From Cenococcum geophilum (lineage: Eukaryota): DNA of 64,000 nt. Position 1 is the stretch's first letter. Each line of letters starts with the position of its first letter. The stretch covers positions 21,638,001 through 21,702,000 of the forward strand of contig CP158635.1 of NCBI GenBank assembly GCA_050273025.1. The letters are read 5' to 3'. Below are positions 41,596-54,138 of this stretch, piece after piece. The position numbers and the translations under genes were made by a program. The notes below the pieces were generated by a model that was given only the letters and a program-made list of their open reading frames with translations, ran no database searches and had not been told where the DNA came from.

Positions 41596-42457
41596 ATAAT
41601 AAAAAGTTTTCTTTAGATATTTTACTAGGTAACCCTAAAATACTAGGGATATAAAGTAATACTTAAGAATATGCTTTTTATAATAGATATTATAATTAAG
41701 CACCTTAATAAATCCTAGGTTAGTTTATCTCCCCTTTTTATTTCTTAATTTAGCTAATATTATATAATAGAAGGAGTATATATCTAATAAGGAGTTCTCT
41801 AAACGCATTAGAAATGCTTAGAATACCTTTAATAGATATTACTATAAAATAGATAACTCGCCCCTTTACACGCTGCACTTATTCTTTATCTAGCCCATTA
41901 TATAAGATATATTAAATAGGTTTAGAAGAAGGAGTAGCATAAGCCTGCACTTAATAGCATTAAAAAGCTTTAGGAAAGATATTAAAATAGGAATTCTATG
42001 CCTAGAAGTATATCGTTATATAAAAAGCTAGCTCTAACTTAAGACCTTAACGAGTTTAATAGAATTGCTAAGGATTTTAATAGTATAATATTTTAACTAA
42101 AAAGTTAAGATAAGTATAAGGACTTTATCTCTAAGACGCTATATAAGATTTTAATAACTATACTTTAGTAGTGGTCTTAAAAACAGCAATAAAAGCGCTA
42201 GCTATGGCTCTTACTTATAGCAATTAAAATTCTCTTAATTTTAGCAATAAGCAATAAGCTAGAAAGAGTCTTTTTAGGAGGACGTTGTATAGTATTATAG
42301 GAGAGAATATAGATAGATCCTAAAACTCTTAAGAAAATAAAGTGTTTAAAGAATTGGCATTAAAGAAGAACTATAAGAGAAATAGGTAATTTTTCTTTAA
42401 GTATTTAGCTATTATATAGTTAGGGGGGGAAGGTAGATACCTACTTATTCCTACTAT

Positions 42458-42495
42458 AATATCCGCAATATCTGCAATATCTGCAATATCTGCCA
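42458..42495. repeat. Subterminal 10-bp repeats (AATATCTGC-containing) of the hAT element
   Basis: ATATCCGCAATATCTGCAATATCTGCAATATCTGCC lies ~150 bp inside the TIR. Confidence 0.7.
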
Positions 42496-43522
42496 AATTC
42501 TGCCAGAACTGAGTCCTATTCTGCCTGGTTGGGGTAGAAAAGCTCCGCGCGGGCACTTTTATCCTTATCGATTGCGATATTTTATGCATTTTCTATTGGA
42601 TAAAGGATATTTTATGCTCGCTTATTTGCATTATCCAAAACAACCCTGGTCTAGGTTGATGGTAGTCCAGCATTTGCTATATGCGGTGGGAAGCGTGTAC
42701 AGGTATCAGCCACATCGGCTTCGGTATCTTATCTAGAAGGTAGTGTAAACGGCCCACTTCGCTATACTGGGTGAGGGGCAGTGGGGTATATGCGCACGCC
42801 TTCGGGTGGATGGGAGAATATGTGTAACTCCCAAGGCATTTTTACTACTTTATGAAGCAAATAGTGCTCCGGAGACTGTCATGAGGTTCCGTATGGGTTT
42901 ATGACGCATTGCTGTTAAAATAGCACTTGAATAAAAGGAAGCCAAATCAATCGATTTTGAGGTGTTGTGATAAGAACATAAGTGAAAATAAGAGTAGAAT
43001 ACTATTATGCCACGTATGATGAGGCTGTGCGGGACCGTCAGAGGGGCAAACTGATGGATCACCTGATGGACATGACTTTAAAGGGTCGTACGTAGGGGGC
43101 CATTTTTGGCTTAATCATAAAACAAGTGGTGATGTCGGAATGTTGGTGAGCCTTTGAATATGGATTTGCGGTTTGGGTACTGTACTGTAACTCGCTTCCA
43201 GATAAGAGCCTCCCACATCAGACGATCATTATACAAGTTGATAAATCTATTATGAAAGCAGCTTGTGATTGGTGATCGTCTGGGACTGAGATAACCCAGA
43301 GGGTCGTTTGTGCCGAAACCCAAGAATCTCCAAGCTAGTTGTGTTACATTCATAAGGTAACATCGCAGCCTCTTCCAAGCCTTGATGTCATTAGCTTACT
43401 AAAATTCAGGTATTAACTAGCATCCCTCGGCTAGACGCTCCGCCTATCGCTCCCTCTACCACACTCCTCGATATCGTTGTACGGCCTCCTCGATCCTCGT
43501 CCCCATCCCCAACGGCCTTACC

Positions 43523-43905
43523 TTACCCGCTAGCTGCCCACGTCACACCTCCCACAGCCTGACTATATCTTGGCATGGCGACGAGCGGGCTGAGGTTGAG
43601 CAGGTCAATCAAACGTGGTCTCGCCTTGCTCACTACATCAACAAGCGAGTGAAGAAAGTCTTCCCCAGCGATCTGGATCTCAGTGGCAAGACCCTGGACT
43701 TCTGAGGCACTAGGGATAGGCACTGGAGCCTAGCCGCAAGAGAGCAGCAACCGCAGCGCTGTCATAAAACCTTGGGTCGGCTTGAGTCTGTGCGCGAGAA
43801 TGAGGTAGTGGTAAGGGCCGTTGCTCAGAGCAAGCATATTATCCTCATGACTCAGATCCTCAAGGTCGAGATCCTCGAGCGGTAATTCAGCGTTGGAATG
43901 GAGAC
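43523..43905 (-). pseudogene. Possible gene fragment of unknown family
   Basis: ORFs 43730-44041 and 43523-43723 are in one frame separated by a single TAG. The peptide is protein-like, but no motif was recognised. Confidence 0.25.
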
Positions 43906-43911
43906 AGCGAT

Positions 43912-44440
43912 GTGGGGAGGCGCGGTCGCCCGCCAGCAAATGCGGCAAACTATCAGCCGCCGCTGAACGAGGTCCCTGAGATCCTGAAAGAGAACACCTT
44001 ACACTCTGGGATAGACGTAGCGAGCCGTATGAGCATCTCACGGGAGAAGGGGATCGCTAGCAACCTGGCATTTCTGTCAGCCACCTCAGACGATTGCCTG
44101 AAGGTGATGGCTGTGTGCGTTGAAGAATACCGCAACGGAGAAGGAACCACGATTCGGATAGCATTAAACACTGGATATCTCTCAGAAGTCAAAAACGGAT
44201 TCATGATGTTTGCTAAAGTCTTCTGACCCGTAGAGAATCCAAACCGGAGGACATAACGGTTCTTCTTCGACAGGTTGTAGTCCTAGACCTCTATCGAATT
44301 TTATCACAACTGCGATCACGACGTGCTAAGAGAACCAGAAAGGCTACTGAAAAACCACCGCTCATACTCAACTGAACGAAGTTGTTCACGACAAGTCCGT
44401 AAGGCCTATATCAGGGTTCACGGAAAGCAGCTGGCAGGCA
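43912..44440 (+). pseudogene. Truncated N-terminal fragment resembling fungal OTT_1508-like deaminase-family proteins
   Basis: SISREKGIASNLAFLSATSDDCLKVMAVCVEE..G.G.TIRIALNTG.L.EVK.GF, then a stop, then in another frame LLRQVVVLDLYRILSQLRSRRAKR. No catalytic C-terminus is visible. Confidence 0.5.
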
Positions 44441-45004
44441 CATCCCACCTCTATCTTTTCGCCTTCCTCTCCTTCATCCAGAAAGAGGTCGACGAAATCA
44501 TCCGCGACTACTGACTCCGGGGCGAGCGACTCATCACAATCCTTCACGCCGCCCATATGAGACGCAACGCGTCTTCAACTTCCTTCTCAGCGATGAGCGC
44601 TTCAAACCAAACCTATCCTTACTTGACGGCGAGCGCCTCCTCACAATCCTTCACGCCACGCATATGAAGTTCGCGCAATATTCGCTAGCAAGAGATATGA
44701 GGGATAGAATCTCAAGGGATAGGGAGCAGAAGGAGAAGCTGGTTGGAAAGAGGATAATTATATCGTTAAGCTCGCCATAGAGGTTGTTAGGCAGGAGAGG
44801 GGCAGTGGGGTGGTTGGGTTGCTGGCGTAGGAGCGAGCTGGCGTTGCACAGCCATACCAACTTTGAAATCATTGAAATGGTACGGAATGGACTGACTGCT
44901 CTACACACTGAGTTAAAGAATATCTCAAAATCTTAAACACGGTATAGCTCTCCAGGGACGTTTCTTTGGCAGGTTCAAGTTTATTAACGGGCAGGGGAAA
45001 GACT

Positions 45005-46321
45005 TTATCTCTCAATTCCCCAAGGTCGCTGTCCAGCAATTTCAACATCTCTTGTGCTCGTGTCCAAATCTATCGTCTCTCTATCAATCCTAACCTCATC
45101 GCTGGTCACTAAGTGTAGTTCCTTCTGTGTCACTCCGGCAGTAGACCTGTAACCTCGATCGGTAAGTTCGACAGCGCCATCTTGGCCACTGCGGGAAGAT
45201 GCTCGCTGGTAGCCATTTGCATTGGGGAGAGCATTATTGGTTTGGCCGGAGCTGCGTTCGGGGAGGGAAGCCATGAAGCTAGGGATGAGTTTTCGGATGA
45301 GAGGTTTAAGGGCGGGGACGGCCGCGCAAATCAGACCTATGTTGACCTCTACGGATGCCCAAATGTTGATGTCCCATGCAGCCCCTACAAAAACAGTCAG
45401 GAAAGAGTAGAATAGGGAGGCGGAGAGGTGGGATCTCACATGTTGGATCCCTACTCTTAATTGTCTGCCCAGTACGAATCGCCCGGACTAATGACGCTGT
45501 GATGGCCAGCCAACCTAGCGAGATGATTACATACAATGAGATCTTCTGTGCTCGAGCTATCCGCAGCGGGAAAATTCTCCAGAGAGCAAAACCCATTAAG
45601 AGTAAGTCCACAACAACGCTTAATGTGGCAGATCCGTAGACGAAGAAAGCAATATTCCTCGCGAAGGAGGGACCAGTACACCTACCCCCTTCTGGAGACC
45701 AGAATGCACCTCCGAGATCACAGGCAAAGAAGCCCTCGATGAACAGTACCACAGTAAAAACGGTCATGAAAGCCATCAGAACGACGGAGGAGATCTTACT
45801 TAATGAATCTTGGAATATCCGGCGGTAGAAGAGACAGATGGAGAGCTTCGTAGTTGTAAGGACAACTATATGAACAATTCGAACGCAAAACCCTAGGACC
45901 TGGATGATGTGCGCATTTGTGAACGGGACATACACGACATGCTGTCCAACTCCGTGTCTGGCAAGGGTACAGATGAGACCTGTCAGGAAGATCCCCAATG
46001 CCTTTAGATTATTAGTGCATTTTCCCATCCCTCTAGGAAGTACATCTCAAGCTTACTGCTGATATTGCCAGAAATGTGTCATCCCATCCCAGATTGCGGG
46101 TCAATGCAAGTCGTGTATACAGTCGACCAAGTATGATAGCAGTAGCACAGAATGTCGTAACAATTGTCCCAATCATCAGTCCTGTCGAGCGCGAATTCAC
46201 CTAAAAGTAAAAATAAGAATTGATCAATCTCTCTCGGAAGCACACATACCATTGAACCAAAGTTGCCTCCTCCAGGAGGCGGAGGCGGATGTGAAGGTGG
46301 AGGTGGTGGGGAAGTCGACAT
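45005..46321 (-). CDS. PTH11-like integral membrane protein (fungal rhodopsin domain, no CFEM), ~385 aa, 4 exons: 46321-46250, 46200-46057, 46001-45440, 45384-45005
   Basis: Three GT-AG introns (49, 55 and 55 nt) join an open frame with the family motifs GRLYTR...LGWDD, HGVGQH, KLSICLFYRRIF, D....P..I...QK..L, SLVR, DPTW, IWASVEVNIGLICAAVPALKPL. No RIP damage. Confidence 0.92.
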
Positions 46322-46654
46322 TTTTTCCTGTCCCACAACTTTTCATTTCTGTGGGCAGGGTTATCGGCATCGTATCGCTTGATCCCGTAGGTAGGGTAGA
46401 GGACGCGTCCTTACTTGTATGCGAAATGTTCTCAGATTCATGCGACGATTTCTGTTGGATGCACATGCGTCCCTTTTTGTGGCAGAACAGACTTTCGTAT
46501 TAGGGGCTTTGGGCACTCTTGCCTGGGTTAGCATACTGCAGGCACCCTAGCTAGCGTTGTTTTTTTTAGCAAGCCTCACCAGAACGCGTCAATATCACGA
46601 TGCTGATAAAATACTATAAAAGACCACCACTGAAAACACACACACATATATATA

Positions 46655-46870
46655 TATTAAGGAAGTTAGGCAAAAGGTTATAATATATAACGTTATAACT
46701 ATAAGTTTCTACTCTTCCTCTATTAATAGCCTCGGAGCCTCTAAGCTAAAGATATACAACGTTTTTCAGGCAGTAAAGAGACAATATTTTACTAATAATT
46801 AAATAACTAAATAGACAGCAATAATATTAAAGCTTTTTAATTAACTATGCTAGATATTATCGGCTTCCTA
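46655..46870. repeat. Small AT-rich RIP-like repeat relic next to a (CA)n(TA)n microsatellite
   Basis: Abrupt TpA-rich patch within otherwise balanced DNA; identity unknown. Confidence 0.35.
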
Positions 46871-49699
46871 GCTCTATTGCTGCTGTTTACCGTAATATCA
46901 AGCGTTAAAAACGTCAATAAGGCGCCGGCACCCTTACTGCCGAGCAACCACACTAACTGGAGGCTTCAACACCAAGCTCTATACGGTATAGAGCCTCTAG
47001 ATTGACTTATGAGGCGTGCATATACGAAAAGTCTTTGAAAATTTGCCACACAAAGGGATCCTTAGTGAAAATCAATCGGCCGCTTAATGTCCTAGACGAG
47101 CCGCAGTGAAACACCTGCAATTACAACTTGGGTGGCAGAAATAGTGCGTTGGTTTCCGGGCCACAAAGGCTGAGACAAAACGTGATTCATTCAGTATAAA
47201 AATCTTTATAGATACTAAAGGCCTAATATATCTTATTAATACTTTTCAAGTATGAGGTTTCTATCAAAATAACAATATAACTTCTGGAGACTTTTGGTGT
47301 GGTTTTTGCCCTGCGCACACTCTTATGGCCACACATTTATGATATCGGTGGGACAGTGGCTGGCTGAAAAAATATCGTATGATAAACTAGCAATAAACAG
47401 CGGTCTCCAAAAGCCACAAGACCCGAGAGTTTTAGGCTTACCCGACCGAAAAGTGCCGGTCTTTCACGAACTATAGCCACGTGCATGACCAGCTTCCACC
47501 CGCCTTTCCGCAGGTTCCGAATTCGGTACACATTCGGCTTCGCCTGGTTGCCACTAGCTGTATATAGCAATCGTAGCGAACGCCTATGCTTGGCTATAAG
47601 AACGCGATCGGTCTCTATAGTGCCGTGATCTTTATTAAATATCATGAGGTTTCTACCCATACAATATTGCTAAACTTCATCGTCCACTATAGAGAGACAG
47701 CGTTATATTCGCGTCTTAGCATAGTCATAAGGAAAAGAGGGAGAACGAGGAAGCATGCACCAGGCAAGTTCTAAATTACCTTAATTCAATTCCCCTAACC
47801 AACCAGAATAATTCTCCAAGGCAACCAAAATAGCCCGTGCATACAGCCATAAGCGTTCGCTACAATTACTATGTGCGATTGAGCAAGCCCGCGTGCCGTA
47901 GCGAAATAAACTTTTACTAGAGGAGGGGGGGTGGAAGCTGGTCATGCACATAGTAAAAAGCAAATATTCCTTACTTCTTCAATGGCAACTTTCCATGTCA
48001 GATTGTAACACAGGCAAGAAGCTCAGCCAGCTCACCGTAAAAATAAATGCTGGGTCGAAAGGGCCACGCGTTCAAACAACCAAAACCAGTCTCTTATCAT
48101 GTTGATATGCATTTCTTGAGGCGACGTCACTTGGCATGTCAAAGCCCAGTCAGTGAGCCAGCTAATGAATCCGGGGCCTCGGGGAACAGGGAACAATAAG
48201 CCATCTCCAAATCCGGGGCACCCGCCCGTACGTAAAAGTGGCTGAGACACCCTTAGCGCTGAGAATTTTCCAGTATGCATCGCTCTAACGGGACTGACTC
48301 GAGGACCACACAGTTCCATTCAGTGGCATCGACTGTTGCAACATTTCACAGTGATTTGAGGAAATTGGAAGGAATCATTTTTAGAGGGGGTTCAGATTGA
48401 GACTATGGATCCATTGATGCATCCAATTGCAACGACGTTTGTATCCCTTTATCTTATTCATCCAAGCTCGATGACAGTGCGAGGATTTAAAGAGTCGAAG
48501 AATAAATGATTTGTCATGAGTTGAAATGCAAGAGAACGTTTGTTCCTCGACAGTTGCGCATCTTTCTAAACTCGCGACTCGATGCAGACTATTTCCGAAA
48601 GCTTCCTTCAACATGAAATACACCCTCTCGTCAATTCCGGTGGTTAGCGTGTTTTATTAACTTTCCCTTAAACAGCAAAAATACCAAAACTTCCCCTAAC
48701 AAAAGGCCGTGCAGACGTGGCTGCGCTAACCACCGAAATTGATGAGAGGGTGTAGACGGATGCCCGGGAGGATCTAATGCCACGTGCTCTAGCTCCAGAA
48801 CGCCACTCAGCCACCGAAGACTGCTTACCCCGCTAGTGCTGACATTCCCTCGGCTTGTGCCTACGACATAGGCATTAGACCGCAAAACCACAGAGCACTT
48901 CTTAGCCATGAATCCTGAAATGTCTCGCTTGGTCGGTTGTCGATCGGAATATCAAAGAATGAGGACTTGTCTATTGAATGTGGCTCTAGGGCCTCTATAT
49001 ATACATAAGGAAGGTGTAGGCAATAGGAAGAAAAAGGGGGAGGGGTAGGTGACTGAGTCAAAGGGGTAGGTAACTGAGTCAGGGTGGTAAGACAAGGGCG
49101 GCAGACAAACGCCAACAATCATCACGGTCTTCCAAGCTATTTAGTCGGTTGCTGACATCAAATGGTGCAAATACAATGCATTGCAATGAGGGTTTTGCAC
49201 TGAGCTTCCAATGAATAGCGAGGTTGAGCGACACAGCTACCAAAGCAGACTCGCTCGTTCAATCTTCCATGAGAAACACTTCATTCTTTAGAGTATCTAA
49301 GCGAAATGCAAGAGCAGAAATTTCATTATTCTAACAGTTGTCGTCGAATTCGTTCAGCTTCCCTCAAATTAAGTCAGCCAACATGAGCAATCAGGTTCCA
49401 TTACAAGCAAGGCTCATGACCCAGACTGTCGTCGATAAAGTATCTTAATTACTACTATCCCATAATATACAAACTACTTTTCCGGTACATGAGTGGTACA
49501 ATGGCACATGCCCAGCTGTCACCAAGTCTGGATTGTCCCCCATCAAACTCGAGCCACTTTATCCTAAAATTTGCGAGTTTGGAATATCACCGCCGGAAGA
49601 AATGAATTTCGAGGAACCGTCACAACTGACCGAACCCACATTAATTGCCAGTGATGAACTTGAACCACTCCAACACACTCCCTTGGAGTTACCCAATGC

Positions 49700-50300
49700 T
49701 GCGATATGACTTATCCATGTTGAGCCAGATGTGTTTCTGGAGGATGCGGTTTCAATTGCCTTGTTCGAAGAACCACTCGATTCCGCACCTTCATATGCCG
49801 CACTCTCGTACAGTTGGGGCTCTCCGATTTCAGATCATGAGGTATCTACAATGGCCAGCGTCTCCGCATCACGAAACCCCCTCACCACGCTTTCAAAAGA
49901 CATCGACAACACAGATACGAGTATCTATAACTTGTGTGGGCTGATGCCATCTACATTAACCAATCTAACTGATCCGAAGTCACTCATAGGTAGGATCATT
50001 CCGAGGCTGACAGAGTGTATGTAGACCTTGGTGACACGAGTCTGACTCTTTCAAAGAGCCCGATTCGATGAGATCTTTGGGAATGGTAAGCCTCCATCTC
50101 GCCCCACTATTCGGCGGCAGTAGCCGCAGACTGTGAGCAATTCGAGTATCTATTCACATGTCACGCTGATTCACAAAAGCTATGCTCGACGAGACTACCA
50201 GTGAAAATCAAAACATGCTGATGGGCCTACCATAGGGTTATGTCAGCAAATTCTATGAGACTGCCGAGGTCCGATTGCTGGAGAACTATGGGTTGGTGAA
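49700..50300 (+). pseudogene. HET-domain (heterokaryon incompatibility) gene remnant
   Basis: I*LIHVEP...AVSIALFEEPLDSAPSYAALSYSWGSP matches the IRLL..L.P...Y.ALSY.WG lead-in of HET domains. It has an in-frame TGA and lacks a downstream W.DA.CI.Q core. Confidence 0.55.
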
Positions 50301-50816
50301 TCTTCACTGTATGATGAGTGTTCACATGGCTACGTTTTGGTTCATGAAGCAGAAGAATTCGTCGCAACAGGGATTAAAAGTGGCCTTGTGTCACACGAAG
50401 GGTAAACTTACATATTCCTATAAGACAAAGAATTAGTACATATGGATGAGGTGTAGTGTTGCAGGAGTCTTCAATAGTTGATCGCAAAGAGTAATACGAA
50501 GGGTAGATGCAGGAACAATTACTTGTCGTTAGAGGGAGTTTCTGAGCGGGTGTATGATATCCGATTTAGGGCACGTTCGATAACTATCACATATCGGGGG
50601 GGGTCATTTGGCGCGGTTACGACCCGGGTTAATACGAGGTTAGGGCCACCCCTGCTGATAACGCGCCCGAACCCCGCACGAGGTCGCGCAGCGACCGCCC
50701 CCGAGTACCTTCGCACGCGATTTTGGGCGAAAAGGTATATAATATGTGTTGGATCGGTACCTCTGGACGGTCGCGTAATGTTGCTCTGAATTTACAACAC
50801 CTAAACGCGTTCCATT

Positions 50817-51139
50817 CCTATATTAAGGCGTCTCAGTTACTGTAATGCAGTCCTATATTAAGACGTCTCGGTTGCTATAGTATAGTCCTATATTAAGGCG
50901 TCTCAGTTAATACAGTGCAGTCCTATATTAAGGCGTTTTGGTTACTATAGTGCAGTTATATATTAAGGCGTTTCGGTTACTGCAGTGCAGTCCTATATTG
51001 AGACGTCTTGGTCACTAGTAGTCCTATATCGAGACGTCTTGGTTACTATAGTGCAGTCATACGTTAAGGCGTCTTAGTCACTATAATGCAGTCATATATA
51101 GAGGCAGTTATATATTAAGGTGTCTTAGTTACTGCAGTA
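50817..51139. repeat. 35-bp tandem repeat (~9 copies, CCTATATTAAGGCGTCTCAGTTACTGTAATGCAGT-like) just downstream of the Crypton stop codon, present in every unit
   Basis: CCTATATT at 50817, 50852 and onward; same block at +3555, +7110 and +10665. Confidence 0.9.
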
Positions 51140-51149
51140 AAATAACTAT

Positions 51150-53731
51150 TTAGATATTCTTATAAAGCTAATCTAAAGAACGCGGACCTTATAGCTGTTC
51201 TAGCTGGTTAACAGCCTATCTCTTATCTCTTGCCGTACCGTCTTCTACGCGCTATCTAACATCCTTAATTATCCTACGGCGACGGCTGTAGAATATAGCC
51301 TTACCGTTAACCCGCCAGCGCGCCCCCCAGCAGCAATTAAGAGCTTTAATTAACGGCCCACCTGCTAGCCCTAAAGTCCACTTAGTCCAGAGCTGGAACA
51401 CCAAATTACCGCCCCAAAGTATCTTATATTTTCTTAGCAGTGCCTATGGGTTAAGAATAAATGGAAGAGGTTGAGCGTTAGCCTGCGGCAGCTGCGGTAG
51501 CTGCGGCGGGGGTATAGTAGAAGCTTGCGGCAGCTGCTATAGGGGTATAGTAGACGTTATGGTAGACAGCTGAGTAGGCTCTACGGCGGTAGACAGTTAA
51601 GGACCCCTTAGTATCTCTATAGGGGTTAAATATATAAGAGAGGGTTTATCCAAAGACGGAATCTAGCTATTAACGCGTTTAGGAACGGACGCGGGTACGG
51701 GCATAAGTACGGGTATAGGCATAGGTATAGATGCGGGCATAGGTACGGGTATAGGGCCGTCCAAAGACGGACGTATGGACTCCATAGGCCCTATCTAAAT
51801 ACCCATCTTCCCTTGCTAAATCTATATAGGTGCGAATAATGCTAATAACCTTTCTATCTCGCCAAGGCGTTCTAAAATCGTCTGCATGCGTAATTAAACC
51901 CCCTTTATCTCTAAGATCGCGGCCTTATATCTTAGCTTAGCTATGGCCTTATAGGCGGGCCAGTATTTCCGCATTATTATCTCATCTGGCGTAACTACGC
52001 TAGCTAGCGAGCTTTCTACCCGCGTGGTAAACCTTTAGTACTCCTTATAGCTAAAAAGGGGATTCTTCTATAGAGGGTAGAGCGGGAACTGCTTGCGTAG
52101 GATTACTAAGTCCTGCAATAGGATTACCCTAAGCGCGCGGAGGAGGCGTAGAAATCCTAAGCCTGTAAGGTTAAGCCGTACGACCTTATTATCTGCCCTC
52201 TCTAGGTAGTAGGTCTCTATACATTTTAGCCAGACGTCAGTCTTAGGCCATATCTTTAAACAGAGTACCTCCTCCGGCACCTCCCGTGCGCGGGAAAGAA
52301 AGTAGCCCTTTCCTTCCTTTAGGAAGCCAGCGATTAACCGTATAAACGCACGGGGTAGATAGCTAAGGTAGGCTCCTGTTATCGCGTCCGTATTCCAGTA
52401 TCCGGCCCATCTAATTTAGGTCTCCTTAACGCCGCTAAGCTTAGCGTGCCGGACGCTCTACTTATAGGCGCTATAGGTCTTCTCTTTTAAATAAATCCCT
52501 ACCCCCTAGAATATCTTTTTATTCTATTTAAACTGCGTATAATAGCTTAACGGCCGTTGCGGTACTTTAATACTGCCAGAAAAGACGTATAGGCCGTAGT
52601 AGTCCTCTAGCTACCGAAAGGATGGGAAGCTCTTAGCGCCGTCCTTACCCTAGCGGTTAAAGAAGTAAAAGGCTATTATAGAGAGAGGGCAGAGGATAGG
52701 GTCAGTATTACGCATACAGCCCATATACTCAACCTTGCCGTACTAATTCTGCTTCCCCTATATTATTAATATAATTATATACGGCGCTAACTTATCTAGT
52801 TTTAGCCCTTTGTTCTCTAGTTTAATAAGGATAAGGTTAGCAAGCTAAATGTCCCATCTACTTTTACCCTAAGTAATAGTAGTATGGCCTAAGGAACGGG
52901 TTAGAAAACGGCAGCCGTATAGACTAAATAGGGTATATATAAACCTAATAAATACTCAGCTGTAGTTTAAAGGTAAAACTTAATTAAGCCTAGCTTCTTA
53001 GAGCCCGTCTCCTAGCACTAAGTAATTGCCTTTTTAAGCCCTTTAACGTCGTAACTACTAGTAATTATAAATAGGCCTTAATTAATAAAGTTAACGCGTT
53101 AAATCCGGTCCTTATTACGGCGGACGCTATCTAATACCACCAAGAGCTTTACCCCCCGCAGTGGCTGCGAGGTTTTACCTTCCGACTACTATATATAGAG
53201 CTTAGTAATAGCGGAGACGTAGCTATTTATAACTAAGTATCGGACTATCTCGTTAAATAGGGCGTCTAGGGCCTCCTCGTCCTATATCTCTTCCTCCTTT
53301 ATAGCTTCCTCCCCTACAGCTGCGGCTGCCCCTACGGCTGCCTTTCCCCCTAGCGGCCCTCCTACGGTCGTCTTCTGCCTCTTCTTCACCCGCTTACTAT
53401 CTTTCTATATCTCTTTCCGTTTTAACTTCTGTTTTTAATAGCCAGCGGCCCGCAATTCTTAATTAATAACTTACTGCTCTAAAAATAAGTAAAGCTTATC
53501 TTCCGTTACCTAGGCGCCATCCGTATTGCCTTCTAGTCTTACGTACTAGTCTTCCCACTCTTTCTACTTTAGCTTATACGCCCTTATAGTATTCTTTAAG
53601 CGCTAGGCCTTATAAATATCCTACAGCCGTGCTATCTGGGCCTTAAATTCGTTCTAAAGGCTATAGGGGAAGGAGGCTAGGGGGGCTTCCGTAGTGGACC
53701 GTAGGGTAAGAAGATTCTTAAGAGACTCCAT
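51150..53731 (-). pseudogene. Crypton tyrosine recombinase (NDC10-II-like) with C-terminal GCR1_C domain, RIP-degenerated; copies at 54705-57286, 58260-60841 and 61815->64000
   Basis: The A/B consensus gives R.KNT.RAY.PKQKEWEDW..RL.GNTDGARVTEDKLCLFL, SYVSAIT.LY.WQ, GKQN.HGKVEYMGCMR..DPILCPLS..AFYFFNR, EKTHSARKQS.RHA, IRRAGRWNTDA.TGAYLSYLPRAF.R.IAGF, LRVILLQD.VI, and LWT.WTLGLAGGP.I.AL.RCWGARWR...FYSRRRRII. Confidence 0.9.
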
Positions 53732-54138
53732 ATCTGTAAGAGGTAAGGGGGCAAACGCGTAAGCGCGGTATGGGTAAATAAAGCTACCGAACGCGTAAAT
53801 ATTAATAAAGAAGGAGAAGAAGAGGGCTCTATATTATAGAATTAGAATTATAGTAGGCCTTTCTATATAAAATTAGAAGCCCCGCGCGAGCTAGGAGCTA
53901 GCGCGGGCATAAGAACAGCAGAGGGTTGGAAAATGGGATTGTTGAGGCAATGGTAAGGTTAATGGCGCGCGACGAGGACCTCCATACTAACCCAGTACTA
54001 ACCTAGGCCTCAAAAACGCGTCCGAAAAGTAGGGGCCACCACTAAAGGGGGGGGGTAATATTTAAACGATATGTCGAAGACCTTAGGGGGTCGTGCGTAA
54101 CCTAAGGTTATGCTAAGCTTAACCCGGACCTCCGATAC

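Larger units (their letters stand above)
26940..42648 (+). mobile_element. hAT DNA transposon relic, 5'-truncated, split by the Copia insertion (parts 26940-27763 and 41596-42648)
   Basis: Left part: QSAL.SIHLS.DIWT..NN.LFLAICGHF, CQGHILNL..QAFLF, IPL.N.TRWNSWY. Right part ends in the hAT dimerisation domain RWP.LS.MAI.ILSIPAMSDEPERVFSGGRRTVSWER..M....LEK.ECLKNW. Terminus ...TATCCAAAACAACCCTG (CAG-type TIR) at 42648, where the RIP composition ends. Confidence 0.85.
50584..54138 (-). mobile_element. Crypton (tyrosine-recombinase DNA transposon) unit 1, variant A, 3555 bp
   Basis: Repeat unit starting CTATCACATATCGGGGGGGG and ending ...GGACCTCCGATAC; encodes a degenerate Crypton recombinase. 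Confidence 0.9.

Noticed and set aside
2575..42589. Short ORF-track ORFs in AT-rich regions as independent genes
   Set aside because: They are either surviving pieces of RIPped genes (24079, 24562, 38041) or off-frame/antisense, I/L/Y/K-rich artefacts of RIP composition.
45182..46503. Plus-strand ORFs overlapping the PTH11-like gene
   Set aside because: They are antisense shadows of a well-supported spliced gene and carry no motifs.
47294..49118. Cluster of 60-107 aa ORFs
   Set aside because: No recognisable domains or consistent splice structure; treated as intergenic.
50457..50583. Host flank starting TGTTGCAGGA as a solo LTR targeted by the Crypton
   Set aside because: It has only a TG start; no second copy, CA end or TSD is visible in the window, so it cannot be supported.
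50478..50789. ORFs spanning the host/Crypton border
   Set aside because: They cross the element terminus and run through GC-rich terminal motifs, so they are chance frames.
50817..51139. 35-bp repeats as a CRISPR array
   Set aside because: Units are contiguous with no unique spacers, the context is eukaryotic, and there are no cas genes.
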